Assembly: GCA_028716665.1 (NCBI GenBank)
Contig: JAQUPP010000002.1
Coordinates: forward strand, 139,717 to 203,716
DNA length: 64,000 nt
Origin: Patescibacteria group bacterium
GTDB taxonomy: Bacteria; Patescibacteriota; Patescibacteriia; UBA2591; JAQUPP01
Direction: 5' to 3'
Part shown: positions 9,587 through 18,688 of the stretch, piece after piece
Layout of the letters: every line of letters begins with the position of its first letter
Numbering within the stretch: the stretch's first letter is position 1
Notes under the pieces: model-generated
What the model was told of the DNA's origin: nothing
The model's database searches: none
Seen by the model: only the letters and a program-made list of their open reading frames with translations
Position numbers and translations under genes: made by a program

Positions 9587-9946
9587 ATGTTTTTCAATCG
9601 TTTAATTAAAAGTTTCATCAATGCTTTTCGGGGGATAGGGTATACCTTTCGCCACGAAGTCAGCTTCAGAATTCAGATTATTTTTGCAATTGTTGTTTTA
9701 ATCGGCGCTTTTTATTTGCCTTTGAGAACTCTGGAAAGAGTGGTGATTATCTTATTAGTGGCGATGGTTTTAATTTTGGAACTGGCCAATTCGGTATTGG
9801 AAAGAGTGGTTGATTTATTTCAACCGAAAATAGATTATATCGCCAAAGCGGTTAAAGATATTATGGCCGCCGCGGTTTTTGTGGCCGCCTTGGCTTCGGT
9901 CGTGGTGGGACTAATTATCTTCGTACCATATCTTCTTAAAATTTAA
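9587..9946 (+). CDS. dgkA: Diacylglycerol/undecaprenol kinase family protein
   Basis: SFINAFRGI, ELANSVLERVVD, KDIMAAAV; three TM helices. Confidence 0.88.
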   Translation: MFFNRLIKSFINAFRGIGYTFRHEVSFRIQIIFAIVVLIGAFYLPLRTLERVVIILLVAMVLILELANSVLERVVDLFQPKIDYIAKAVKDIMAAAVFVAALASVVVGLIIFVPYLLKI

Positions 9947-9999
9947 ACATTAAAAATTTGTTTAGAAATTAAAAATTAGAAATTAGAAATTTAAATCAT

Positions 10000-11220
10000 A
10001 TGTCTTCCAAAGAAATAATTACAGGAATTGACCTCGGGTCAAAATCAATAAAAATCGCCGTTGGGCAAGAAGTTGCCGGTGAGTTGAATATTATCGGCTT
10101 GGCCGAAGAACCATCGGAAGGAATTTCAAAAGGAATGATTATCAGCATTGAAGATACCATTTCTTCTCTTTCTTCTTGTCTTGAAAAAATTGATAAAATG
10201 ATAAGCATGCAAATAGAGCATGCTTATATCGGTATTTCCGGCTCGCATATTATTTCGCAAGAAAGCAAGGGCGTGATAGCCATTTCCCGAGCTGACGGAG
10301 AAATAAAAGACGATGATGTCAGAAGAGTTTTGGAAGCGGCTCAAACCGTGGTTACGCCGCCGAATTATGAATTCATTCACAGCATCCCGAGAAGTTTTAC
10401 GGTTGATAATCAGCCCGGAATCATAGATCCGATCGGTATGACCGGCGTGCGCTTGGAAGTGGAATCGCAAATTATTTTAGGCCTTTCAAATCAAATTAAA
10501 AATTTAACAAAATGTTTTTATCGCGTCGGCGTTAACATTGATGACAAAATTTTATCGGTTTTGGCCGCCGCGGAAACAGTGCTTTCCAGAAGACAGAAAG
10601 ATTTCGGCGTGGCCGTGGTCAATTTGGGACACACCACCACCAGCTTGGTTGTTTTTGAAGAAGGAGATATTTTATTGGCAAAAGTGTTGCCCATTGGCGC
10701 CCGCCATATTACCGGCGATATTTCTCTCGGTTTGAAAATTCCTCTTGATTTGGCCGAGGCGATTAAATTAAGATATGGAACAACTTTGCCCGACAAAGTG
10801 GACAAGCATGAACAAATCAATTTGAAAGATTTGGATGAAAATGAAGAAGGCCTGGTTTCCAGAAAAGAAGTGGCGAAAATCATTGAAGCAAGATGCGAAG
10901 AAATTTTTGAAATAGTTGATAAAGAATTAATGACCGTGGCCAGAAGCGGCAAATTGCCGGCCGGCGTGGTCTTGATCGGCGGGGGATCAAAATTGGACGG
11001 ATTGGTGGAAACGGCTAAAAATGTTTTCAAAACTCCGGCTTCAATCGGCGTGTCTCAAGGATTCACGAGCGGAATCAATAAATCTTACGACCCGATTTTT
11101 TCCACAGCCGTGGGTTTGGTTTTATACGGACCGAAAAACAGCATCAGGAACACAAAAGTTCTCAAGAATGAAACTTTTTCAAAAATAAAAAAAATGTTTA
11201 AAATGCTTAATCCGCTTTAA
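10000..11220 (+). CDS. ftsA: Cell division protein FtsA
   Basis: GIDLGSKSI, DPIGMTGVRLE, GVVLIGGGS; directly upstream of ftsZ. Confidence 0.95.
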   Translation: MSSKEIITGIDLGSKSIKIAVGQEVAGELNIIGLAEEPSEGISKGMIISIEDTISSLSSCLEKIDKMISMQIEHAYIGISGSHIISQESKGVIAISRADGEIKDDDVRRVLEAAQTVVTPPNYEFIHSIPRSFTVDNQPGIIDPIGMTGVRLEVESQIILGLSNQIKNLTKCFYRVGVNIDDKILSVLAAAETVLSRRQKDFGVAVVNLGHTTTSLVVFEEGDILLAKVLPIGARHITGDISLGLKIPLDLAEAIKLRYGTTLPDKVDKHEQINLKDLDENEEGLVSRKEVAKIIEARCEEIFEIVDKELMTVARSGKLPAGVVLIGGGSKLDGLVETAKNVFKTPASIGVSQGFTSGINKSYDPIFSTAVGLVLYGPKNSIRNTKVLKNETFSKIKKMFKMLNPL

Positions 11221-11223
11221 ACT

Positions 11224-12396
11224 ATGGCTCAATCCAAAAATCAGTCGTCAAAGTTGGCGGTAAAAATAAAAGTTATTGGCATCGGCGGGGCGGGTGGAGC
11301 GACTATCGGCAGGCTGATTAAAGCTAAAATAAACAATATTGAATACGTCGCCATCAATACTGATTTTAAATCTCTGGATTCAATCAAGGGAAAAGTTCAA
11401 AAAATAAAAATAGGAAAAAAAATCACCAAAGGATTGGGAACGGGAATGAATTTGGAACTGGGCAGAATGGCTATTGAAGAAAGCATCAATGACGTGAAAA
11501 AATCTTTAAACAACGCTGACTTGATTTTTATCGTTTCCGGATTGGGCGGGGGAACGGGCAGCGTGGTAACGCCCATTGTGGCGGAATTGGCGAAAAAAAA
11601 TGGAGCTCTTGTTATCGGCGTAATGACTACGCCTTTTATTTTTGAAGGAGCTCAACGCAAGCATATTGCCGATGAAGCTCTTAAAAAAATAATTCATCGA
11701 GTTGACGCGATGGTTACCATTCCGAACAGCCGGCTTTTGCAGACCATTGATAAATCAACTCCTTTATTGGAAGCGTTTAATATTTCCAGCGAAATTTTAA
11801 AACAGGCGATAGAAGGAATTTATAATATTCTTAATTTGCCCGGTTTGATTAACATAGATTTTGTTGAAGTCAAAACGGTTATTGAAAACGCCGGAGAAAC
11901 AATACTCGGCATGGGCACGGCCGAAGGAGAGGACAGAGCCAGGCAAGCCGCAAAATTGGCCTTGGAAAATCCTTTAATAGATATTTCCATCAAGGGAGCG
12001 AAAAAAGTTCTTTGCACCATCAGCGGCGGACCGGATTTAACCATGAATGAAGTTTATGAAATCACTCAAGAAATCACCAATCAAATCGGAAAAGAGGCGC
12101 AAATTATTTTCGGCGCCGTAACAGATGATAATTTAAAAAATAAAGTTAAGGTGACGATTGTCGCCACGGGTTTCAGCCAATTGCATTCTTATACGCCAAT
12201 TTTTGAGCCGTTCCACAAAAAAGAATTTACCGAAACTCCACTGCCTCAAAAATCTTCAATTAAAGAAGAAAAAAAAGAAATATTGAAAATAGAACCGATT
12301 TCAAAACAGGAATATAAATCAAAGTTTCAAAACAACAGCGAATTGTCGGAAGATGAATTGGAAATTCCCGCGTATTTGAGAAAGAAAAAGATGTAA
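11224..12396 (+). CDS. ftsZ: Cell division protein FtsZ (divergent motifs)
   Basis: IKVIGIGG, AINTD, GLGGGTGS, TPFIFEG, C-terminal ELEIPAYLRKK peptide. Confidence 0.93.
   Translation: MAQSKNQSSKLAVKIKVIGIGGAGGATIGRLIKAKINNIEYVAINTDFKSLDSIKGKVQKIKIGKKITKGLGTGMNLELGRMAIEESINDVKKSLNNADLIFIVSGLGGGTGSVVTPIVAELAKKNGALVIGVMTTPFIFEGAQRKHIADEALKKIIHRVDAMVTIPNSRLLQTIDKSTPLLEAFNISSEILKQAIEGIYNILNLPGLINIDFVEVKTVIENAGETILGMGTAEGEDRARQAAKLALENPLIDISIKGAKKVLCTISGGPDLTMNEVYEITQEITNQIGKEAQIIFGAVTDDNLKNKVKVTIVATGFSQLHSYTPIFEPFHKKEFTETPLPQKSSIKEEKKEILKIEPISKQEYKSKFQNNSELSEDELEIPAYLRKKKM
12330..12396 (+). repeat. ftsZ 3'-end repeat, copy 1 (native gene end)
   Basis: aaacaacagcgaattgtcggaagatgaattggaaattcccgcgtatttgagaaagaaaaagatgtaa. 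Confidence 0.95.
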
Positions 12397-12416
12397 TTTA
12401 AGGTGAAATTATAGTC

Positions 12417-12490
12417 AAAACCGTGAAAATCCGTGTTTTTTACCAGTTTTTCACGGTTATCTTGACAAAACCGTGAAAAAAGTGTATAAT
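12417..12490 (+). promoter_or_regulatory. Sigma70 promoter of the Fic gene with repeated operator-like sites
   Basis: TTGACA 12462-67, 17 bp, TATAAT 12485-90; aaccgtgaaaa twice direct and once inverted (ttttcacggtt). Confidence 0.8.
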
Positions 12491-12498
12491 AGTAGTAT

Positions 12499-13386
12499 AT
12501 GACAAAAATACTTAATGTTTTCAATAATATAAATTCTCTTCGTGAGAGATACTATAAAGCGTCTATAGGCAAGCAGGCGCTTATTAAACTTATCGCCGAA
12601 ACCGAAGTCGCCGAACAGGTTTATAACTCAAACGCCATTGAAAACAGCACGCTTACTTTCGAAGAAACCGAAAAAATACTTCTTCAAATTGATTTGGACA
12701 GATTTATTACCGAACGAGAAATTTTTGAAGCAAAGAATTTGGCAAAAGTTGTATCCTATATAGACAAAAAAGCCAAAGAACAAGAACTTACACTTGAAGT
12801 AATTTTATCACTTCATAAAATGTTAATTTCAAATATCCGCGATGATGTCGCCGGAAGATTTAGAAAAGACAATGAATTTGTGCGTGTTGGAAACCATATA
12901 GCCCCGAATCCAAAAGAAGTAGTGGATCGCCTTGAAAAAATGTTGGCGGAATATAATGCCGCAAGCCATGAGAATATTATTAAGCGCATAGCGAAATTGC
13001 ATCTTGCTTTTGAATATACCCATCCGTTTATTGACGGCAATGGCCGCATTGGACGCGTTATTAACAATTATTTACTGATACGAGAAGGATTCGTCCCGAT
13101 AAATATAAAATTTATTGACAGGAAAAAATATTATGAAGCATTTAAAGAATTTGACGAAAAAGGCGCGACGGCTGTTATGGAAGAAATAGTGGGTAGGGCG
13201 CTTACTAATAGTTATCACAAACGATTGGCATATTTGGAAGGTAAAAAAATTATCACTCTGGCTGACTATGCTAAAAATAATAAACTTTCGCATTCAAATC
13301 TTATAAATAAAGCGGTTCGTCAAACAATTGAAGCTTTCTTGGAAAAGAATGTCTGGAAGATCGGCGTTAATAATACTAAAAAATAA
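12499..13386 (+). CDS. Fic-domain protein
   Basis: YNSNAIEN, HPFIDGNGRIGR canonical Fic motif. Confidence 0.93.
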   Translation: MTKILNVFNNINSLRERYYKASIGKQALIKLIAETEVAEQVYNSNAIENSTLTFEETEKILLQIDLDRFITEREIFEAKNLAKVVSYIDKKAKEQELTLEVILSLHKMLISNIRDDVAGRFRKDNEFVRVGNHIAPNPKEVVDRLEKMLAEYNAASHENIIKRIAKLHLAFEYTHPFIDGNGRIGRVINNYLLIREGFVPINIKFIDRKKYYEAFKEFDEKGATAVMEEIVGRALTNSYHKRLAYLEGKKIITLADYAKNNKLSHSNLINKAVRQTIEAFLEKNVWKIGVNNTKK

Positions 13387-13389
13387 TAT

Positions 13390-13456
13390 AAACAACAGCG
13401 AATTGTCGGAAGATGAATTGGAAATTCCCGCGTATTTGAGAAAGAGAAAGATGTAA
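13390..13456 (+). repeat. ftsZ 3'-end repeat, copy 2
   Basis: 66/67 identical to 12330-12396. Confidence 0.97.
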
Positions 13457-13667
13457 AATGAAAAAGCCCCCGATAGAGACGGAACTCTATAAGGGTCTTC
13501 TTCGTGGTGATATAATCATCTTATCAAATATAAAATTTTTGTCAAAACATTTATTGTGAATAAATTTCAAAATTTTTAGAAATAGTGAGTAGTATGTTGG
13601 AGTAAAATTTGATATAATTAAAAATTAACAGTTAATACTTGAACAGTAATAACTAACCAAAAAAATA

Positions 13668-13925
13668 ATGTACTCAATTATAGAAACAATCAAACAGGCT
13701 GCCAGTAAAAGAAAGATTTTAAAGATTATTTATCGTGAGAAAGATGGTACAAGCGAGGGGTGGCGATATATAGAACCCTATAGTTTCAGTCATGATGATG
13801 GCGAAGACGGTCTTTTTGCTTGGGATATTAGTAAAGGTGGCATCAGGAGATTTTCATTTGATAGAATTAATGATATTCAACTCACTGATGAAACATATAA
13901 TCCGCGTTATGGGATAGAAATTTAA
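13668..13925 (+). CDS. Stand-alone WYL-domain protein
   Basis: KIIY...RYIEPYSF...LFAWD...IRRFSFDRI matches the WYL pattern; no HTH. Confidence 0.75.
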   Translation: MYSIIETIKQAASKRKILKIIYREKDGTSEGWRYIEPYSFSHDDGEDGLFAWDISKGGIRRFSFDRINDIQLTDETYNPRYGIEI

Positions 13926-13926
13926 T

Positions 13927-14727
13927 ATGGAAAATAAAAAATTTAAATTAAAAATAAAAAAAAGAACTTTACTTATTATTGATTGGGCAAACGTTTGGGG
14001 TTGGTCAAAAACTTTAAAATGGGAAGTATGCCCTCAAAAATTATTTAAATTTTTTGATAGACCAAAAATTATTGATAAAAGATTTTATTATGGAGTAGAA
14101 AAGGGTCAGCCAAAATCAGAAAATTTTGAATTAGAAATTAAAAACATCGGATTTACTCCTATTTTTAAAGAAGTTAAATGGATACCAGTTTTGCTGGAAG
14201 AACAGTCTCATTTTAAGAAAATTGTTAAAGATTTATTTAATGTATTAGATAATGTGAAAAATACAAATTCTAATATTTCAAATAAACTTTATGAGTTGAT
14301 TAAAAAAATCAATGATTTGTCTGAAACAAGCGTTGGTAACAACAAGGAATCTTTTAACTTGTCTAGTGAGAAAAGTTTAAAGGAAATATTTGACTTAATT
14401 GAAGAATTGGATATTGATTTGAAAAATTTGAATATTGAAATAGGCGGGCTTCAAGAAAATTTAAAATTGCCGGTTCGAAGGCGGAAATGTGATTTTGATG
14501 TAGAAATAACTAGAGATGCTTTGAATGCTCAAGATAATTATGATACATTATTGTTATTTAGTGGGGATGGTGATTATTCTGCCTTAACAGCGGATTTAAT
14601 TGCAAAAGGTAAAAAGGTAATTTTAGTTTTTGCTTCTGATCATTTAGGGAAGGAATATCGAGAGATAAAGAGTAATCTTTTTTATGCTTGTTTAATTGAT
14701 AATTTAAGAGATATTTTACAAAAATAA
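13927..14727 (+). CDS. NYN (LabA/DUF88, PIN-like) domain nuclease with helical insert
   Basis: IIDWANV, KCDFDVEI, LFSGDGDY, GKKV. Confidence 0.85.
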   Translation: MENKKFKLKIKKRTLLIIDWANVWGWSKTLKWEVCPQKLFKFFDRPKIIDKRFYYGVEKGQPKSENFELEIKNIGFTPIFKEVKWIPVLLEEQSHFKKIVKDLFNVLDNVKNTNSNISNKLYELIKKINDLSETSVGNNKESFNLSSEKSLKEIFDLIEELDIDLKNLNIEIGGLQENLKLPVRRRKCDFDVEITRDALNAQDNYDTLLLFSGDGDYSALTADLIAKGKKVILVFASDHLGKEYREIKSNLFYACLIDNLRDILQK

Positions 14728-14755
14728 ATCCGAGGAAGTAATTCCTCGGATTTAT
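14724..14755. terminator. Perfect hairpin after the NYN gene (T-tract on - strand)
   Basis: ataaatccgaggaa-gtaa-ttcctcggatttat. Confidence 0.7.
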
Positions 14756-14846
14756 GTGTATCTCAATGAATAAATTCATTGAGCGCGATTAATTAAAATA
14801 TAGCATATAATGTTAAAATTACAATAGGCCATTGTGGATAACCTCA

Positions 14847-14909
14847 AACAGCGAATTGTCGGAAGATGAATTGGAAATTCCCGCGTATTTGAGAAAGAAA
14901 AAGGGGTAA
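14847..14909 (+). repeat. ftsZ 3'-end repeat, copy 3
   Basis: 61/63 identical to 12334-12396. Confidence 0.97.
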
Positions 14910-14983
14910 TTTATCTTGCACTATTCCTTAAATAAACCGCGATAGAACAATAGAAGGGGAATAAATTAATTATAATATAAAAT

Positions 14984-15241
14984 ATGAGCCTAACAAATAG
15001 AATAAGTGATGGGTGGCTTCGCTTATTAATAACAATTTGCTATACAATTATTTCTTTATTTTTTCTATATAAAGGAGTTGATTTAATAAAAATAGGAGCA
15101 AGAGGAGAATGGAGGGTTGTTGCTGATTTTAAAGATATACCACTTTATATAACAAGTATTTCCCCTGGTGTATTAGTAATTTTAGCTGGCATGCTGATAA
15201 TGTGTTGGGGCCTGCCAACAACTATAAAGAATTTAAAATAA
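14984..15241 (+). CDS. Small membrane protein
   Basis: Two hydrophobic segments; no recognised family. Confidence 0.6.
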   Translation: MSLTNRISDGWLRLLITICYTIISLFFLYKGVDLIKIGARGEWRVVADFKDIPLYITSISPGVLVILAGMLIMCWGLPTTIKNLK

Positions 15242-15394
15242 ATATGGCCCGAATAAGATACAAAAATCCAATTGAATATAAAGGGTTATAGGCGGGGAAA
15301 ATTTTATGACAAGAAGATACCTATTAATGAGTCCACGAAGAGAAATTTTAATATATGATGAAAAAAATTAAAAACTAATTTAATCGTCAGTCAT

Positions 15395-15883
15395 ATGCAT
15401 GCAAAAATTTTAAATCAAGATGCCGATACTTATTACAATGAAGGAATAGGCTTAGAAAAATTGGGACACTACGAAGAAGCAATAGAAATGTATGACCAAG
15501 CAATTAAAATTAATCCTCGATTTGACGCCGCCTATTACAGTAAAGGAAGGACCTTAAATGAATTAGGGAATTACAGAGAAGCGATAAAAATGTTTGATCA
15601 GGCAATTAAAATTGCCCCTCAATTTGCCTGGATTTATAATAAAGGATATCAAGAAGTGATAGAAAGATCCTGTCAGGCAATCAAATTTAGAGGAAGTGAC
15701 TTAAATGAATTAGGGAATTACAGAGAAGCGATAAAAATGTTTGATCAGGCAATTAAAATTGATCCTCAGAATGCCGATGTTTATATTAGAAAAGGATATG
15801 CCTTAGATAAATTAGGTAATCATAGAGAAGCGATAAAAATGTATAAAAAGGCACTTAAAATTGATCCTCATTTTGGAGAATAA
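15395..15883 (+). CDS. TPR-repeat protein
   Basis: LG.Y.EAI.M.DQAIKI.P repeats; exact 62-bp internal duplication 15553-15614/15700-15761. Confidence 0.85.
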   Translation: MHAKILNQDADTYYNEGIGLEKLGHYEEAIEMYDQAIKINPRFDAAYYSKGRTLNELGNYREAIKMFDQAIKIAPQFAWIYNKGYQEVIERSCQAIKFRGSDLNELGNYREAIKMFDQAIKIDPQNADVYIRKGYALDKLGNHREAIKMYKKALKIDPHFGE

Positions 15884-15947
15884 ATAATTGAATAAAAATA
15901 ATGAATAGTGACTACGATGATTTAATTAAATTAAAGTAAATGAATCT

Positions 15948-16844
15948 ATGGAAGAAAAATTAAAAAAACGATTTACTTTTAAACTTTGGAGTCGCGAAAG
16001 AGATTTAAAAACTTTAAAATATATTGCTATATTTATAGTTGTTTTCGCTTCAATCATAATAATCTTGGATGCGATTGACTATCAGTTTGGCTCCAATGAA
16101 GATAACTCAGCTAATGAACCTACTGAGCAAAAAGTGGAAGAAAATAATTGCAATGTGTCGGGCATTCAATTGCATGGGGAATTTGTGACTTATATTCCAT
16201 CAAATAATTTTGATAAAGACGGAAATGTTTTGGAAGATCAAACCTCTTCTGACAATATTGTTTATTACATCAATGAAGCAGAAAAAAATGAAAGTATTAA
16301 AGCTATCATTTTAGAAATTGATTCTTACGGCGGTTCAGGAGTAGCCGCGGAAGAAATCAGTAATGCTTTAAAAAATGCTAAAAAGCCAACAGTTGCTTTA
16401 ATTAGAGATATTGGAGCCTCGGCTGCTTATTTTGCGGCAACCGGTACAGACAGAATTTTTGCTTCTAAAAATTCTAACGTTGGCAGCATAGGAGTTACCA
16501 TGTCTTATCTAGACTATACTCAACAAAATCAAAAAGAGGGAGTGACTTATATTCCGCTTAGTTCAGGAAAATTCAAAGATACCGGCGACCCGGATAGGGC
16601 ACTCTCACAAGAAGAAAAAGACCTTTTAATGCGTGACGTCAATATCCAATATCAAAATTTCATAAAATCAGTAGCGGAAAATAGAAATTTAGATATTAAA
16701 AAAGTGGCAGAATTAGCTGATGGTTCAACTATGCTTGGAGAAATGGCACTTCAAAACGGATTAATTGATCAAATCGGCGGGATAGAGGAGGTTAAAGAAT
16801 ATCTAAAAGAAAAAATCGGAGAAGACGTGGATATTTGTTGGTAA
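15948..16844 (+). CDS. sppA: Signal peptide peptidase SppA (S49)
   Basis: IDSYGGS, GASAAY, GSIGV, SGKFKD, GLIDQIG; N-terminal TM. Confidence 0.9.
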   Translation: MEEKLKKRFTFKLWSRERDLKTLKYIAIFIVVFASIIIILDAIDYQFGSNEDNSANEPTEQKVEENNCNVSGIQLHGEFVTYIPSNNFDKDGNVLEDQTSSDNIVYYINEAEKNESIKAIILEIDSYGGSGVAAEEISNALKNAKKPTVALIRDIGASAAYFAATGTDRIFASKNSNVGSIGVTMSYLDYTQQNQKEGVTYIPLSSGKFKDTGDPDRALSQEEKDLLMRDVNIQYQNFIKSVAENRNLDIKKVAELADGSTMLGEMALQNGLIDQIGGIEEVKEYLKEKIGEDVDICW

Positions 16845-16866
16845 ATAATTTTATTTAAGAAAAAAT

Positions 16867-16900
16867 AATTCCCGCGTATTTGAGAAAGAAAAAGATGTAG
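16867..16900 (+). repeat. ftsZ 3'-end repeat, copy 4 (short)
   Basis: 33/34 identical to 12363-12396 (TAA to TAG). Confidence 0.93.
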
Positions 16901-17070
16901 TTTATTCCCTACCGGATTGACAATTTTTTATCGCTCAAATTCTAGCAGTTTGAATTAAAATTTTGCATAAGTTTTCAAAATATATTATTTTTTAAATGAT
17001 GATGAATATAAATGGATTATTGCACAATTTAATGAATAAGTGAGTTAAGAAATATAAGGTTCAAAATAGT

Positions 17071-18564
17071 ATGAAAAATATTCAAATTCAGAAATCGAAT
17101 AGTAGTGAGAAAGAAACCATAACAATTGAAAAAAATATGGTTATTATTGGGGCAAATGGTTCTGGTAAAACAAGACTCGGAGCAATGCTTGAACAAATAA
17201 ATACTCCTACAAAAAGAATTTCTGCACAGAGATATTTGACATTGCGTGAATTAGTAGAAAAGCAAGACGTTGAGACTGCAGATAATCAACTTAAAAATAT
17301 TTATAAAAATCAACCTTCTAATTCACCTCAAAATGATTATCAGCAAGTACTTATTTTATTGTTTGCCCAAGAATCAAGGAGGGATTCAGAGTACGTAGCA
17401 TCTTCGCGTGAGTCTAGAGGGAGGGTAGAAATTCCACAATCAATAAAAGAGAAGGTGATTGATTGTTGGATTTCTATTTTTCCTTATCGAGCATTAAAAC
17501 TTGAGAAAGATAGGGTTCGAGCTGATGATTTCTCTGGGCAAGAGATGAGTGACGGCGAAAAAGTTGGCCTGTATTTAATCTCTCAAATTTTACTTGCTGA
17601 AAAAGACTGTATTCTAATTATTGATGAACCAGAACTTCATCTACATAAAGCTTTAATGACAAGATTGTGGAATAAATTAGAAGAATATAGAAGTGACTGT
17701 ACTTTTATTTATATAACCCATGATCTCGATTTCGCAGTTAGTAAGTCGTCAAGTAAGCTCATTTGGGTCCAGAGTTATAAAGATAATTTATGGATTTGGA
17801 AAGAGATTGATCCAAATAATATAATTCCTGAGAATCTTTATCTTGAAATACTTGGAAGTCGAAAATCAATTTTATTTGTTGAAGGTGAGAAGGGTTCGCT
17901 AGATATACAAATTTATCAGTTATTCTATGATAATTTTACAGTTATTCCTCGCGGCTCTTGTGGAGAAGTAATTGAATCGGTAAAGGGTTTAAAAAAGAAT
18001 CCTAATCTTCACGACAAAAAGGTTTATGGGCTTATTGACAGGGATTTTCATTCTGAAGAAAAGATTAAATCATGGCATAAAAAAGGAATATTTAGTATTA
18101 AATTAAATAAGGTAGAAAATCTTTTTTTGATACCAGAAATAATTGAGATGGTCTGTAATCATTTGTCGAAACCAGAAGAAAAAGAAAAAATTATCTCAAA
18201 AATTAAGGAAAATTATAAAAAAAATAAAAAGAAAATATTTTTTACTGCTTCAAAAGATCGACAACATAGGCACTTAGGTGAAAAATTTGGATTGGTAAAA
18301 AATAAAAAGAATTATGATAATTTTAAAAGTGTTATTTTTTCTGAATTAGATAGCCTGTTTGTAAGTGATTTGCCAGATAATAATAGTGAAATTATAGAAA
18401 TATTGAAGGTTTATCCGTATAAGGGTTTTGTTAGAGAGATACAGGGAATGGTAGGATTATCAAAAAATGAATATATAAATTTGGTGTTAAGTTTTTTATC
18501 ATCTTCCGATAAAAGAAAAAAAATAATTAAAATTTTAAAATTTTATTTACCCAGAATAAACTAA
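17071..18564 (+). CDS. ABC/AAA ATPase fused to TOPRIM-like (DUF4435-type) domain
   Basis: GANGSGKT, MSDGE, IIDEPELHLH, ITHD; C-terminal FVEG...D and GLIDRD. Confidence 0.8.
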   Translation: MKNIQIQKSNSSEKETITIEKNMVIIGANGSGKTRLGAMLEQINTPTKRISAQRYLTLRELVEKQDVETADNQLKNIYKNQPSNSPQNDYQQVLILLFAQESRRDSEYVASSRESRGRVEIPQSIKEKVIDCWISIFPYRALKLEKDRVRADDFSGQEMSDGEKVGLYLISQILLAEKDCILIIDEPELHLHKALMTRLWNKLEEYRSDCTFIYITHDLDFAVSKSSSKLIWVQSYKDNLWIWKEIDPNNIIPENLYLEILGSRKSILFVEGEKGSLDIQIYQLFYDNFTVIPRGSCGEVIESVKGLKKNPNLHDKKVYGLIDRDFHSEEKIKSWHKKGIFSIKLNKVENLFLIPEIIEMVCNHLSKPEEKEKIISKIKENYKKNKKKIFFTASKDRQHRHLGEKFGLVKNKKNYDNFKSVIFSELDSLFVSDLPDNNSEIIEILKVYPYKGFVREIQGMVGLSKNEYINLVLSFLSSSDKRKKIIKILKFYLPRIN

Positions 18565-18688
18565 GAATCTATAAATTATTTTTTAGGATTTAATTAATAT
18601 AGTTAAGCTTTTTTATTCGCATTTCAACATCGTTCTGTCACTCTCAATAAATAAATTTTAGCTTGAAAATCAACAATAATTTAAATCT

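Noticed and set aside
14833-14841. Perfect DnaA box (tgtggataa) as a sign of oriC
   Set aside because: Single isolated box; no cluster or dnaA nearby.
15553-15761. 62-bp exact duplication as another cassette boundary
   Set aside because: Both copies are in frame inside the TPR gene; ordinary repeat expansion.
12330-16900. CRISPR array or classical integron interpretation of the direct repeats
   Set aside because: Intervals are 1-2 kb and gene-bearing, repeats are ftsZ coding sequence with no attC-like palindrome, and no cas or intI gene is in the window.
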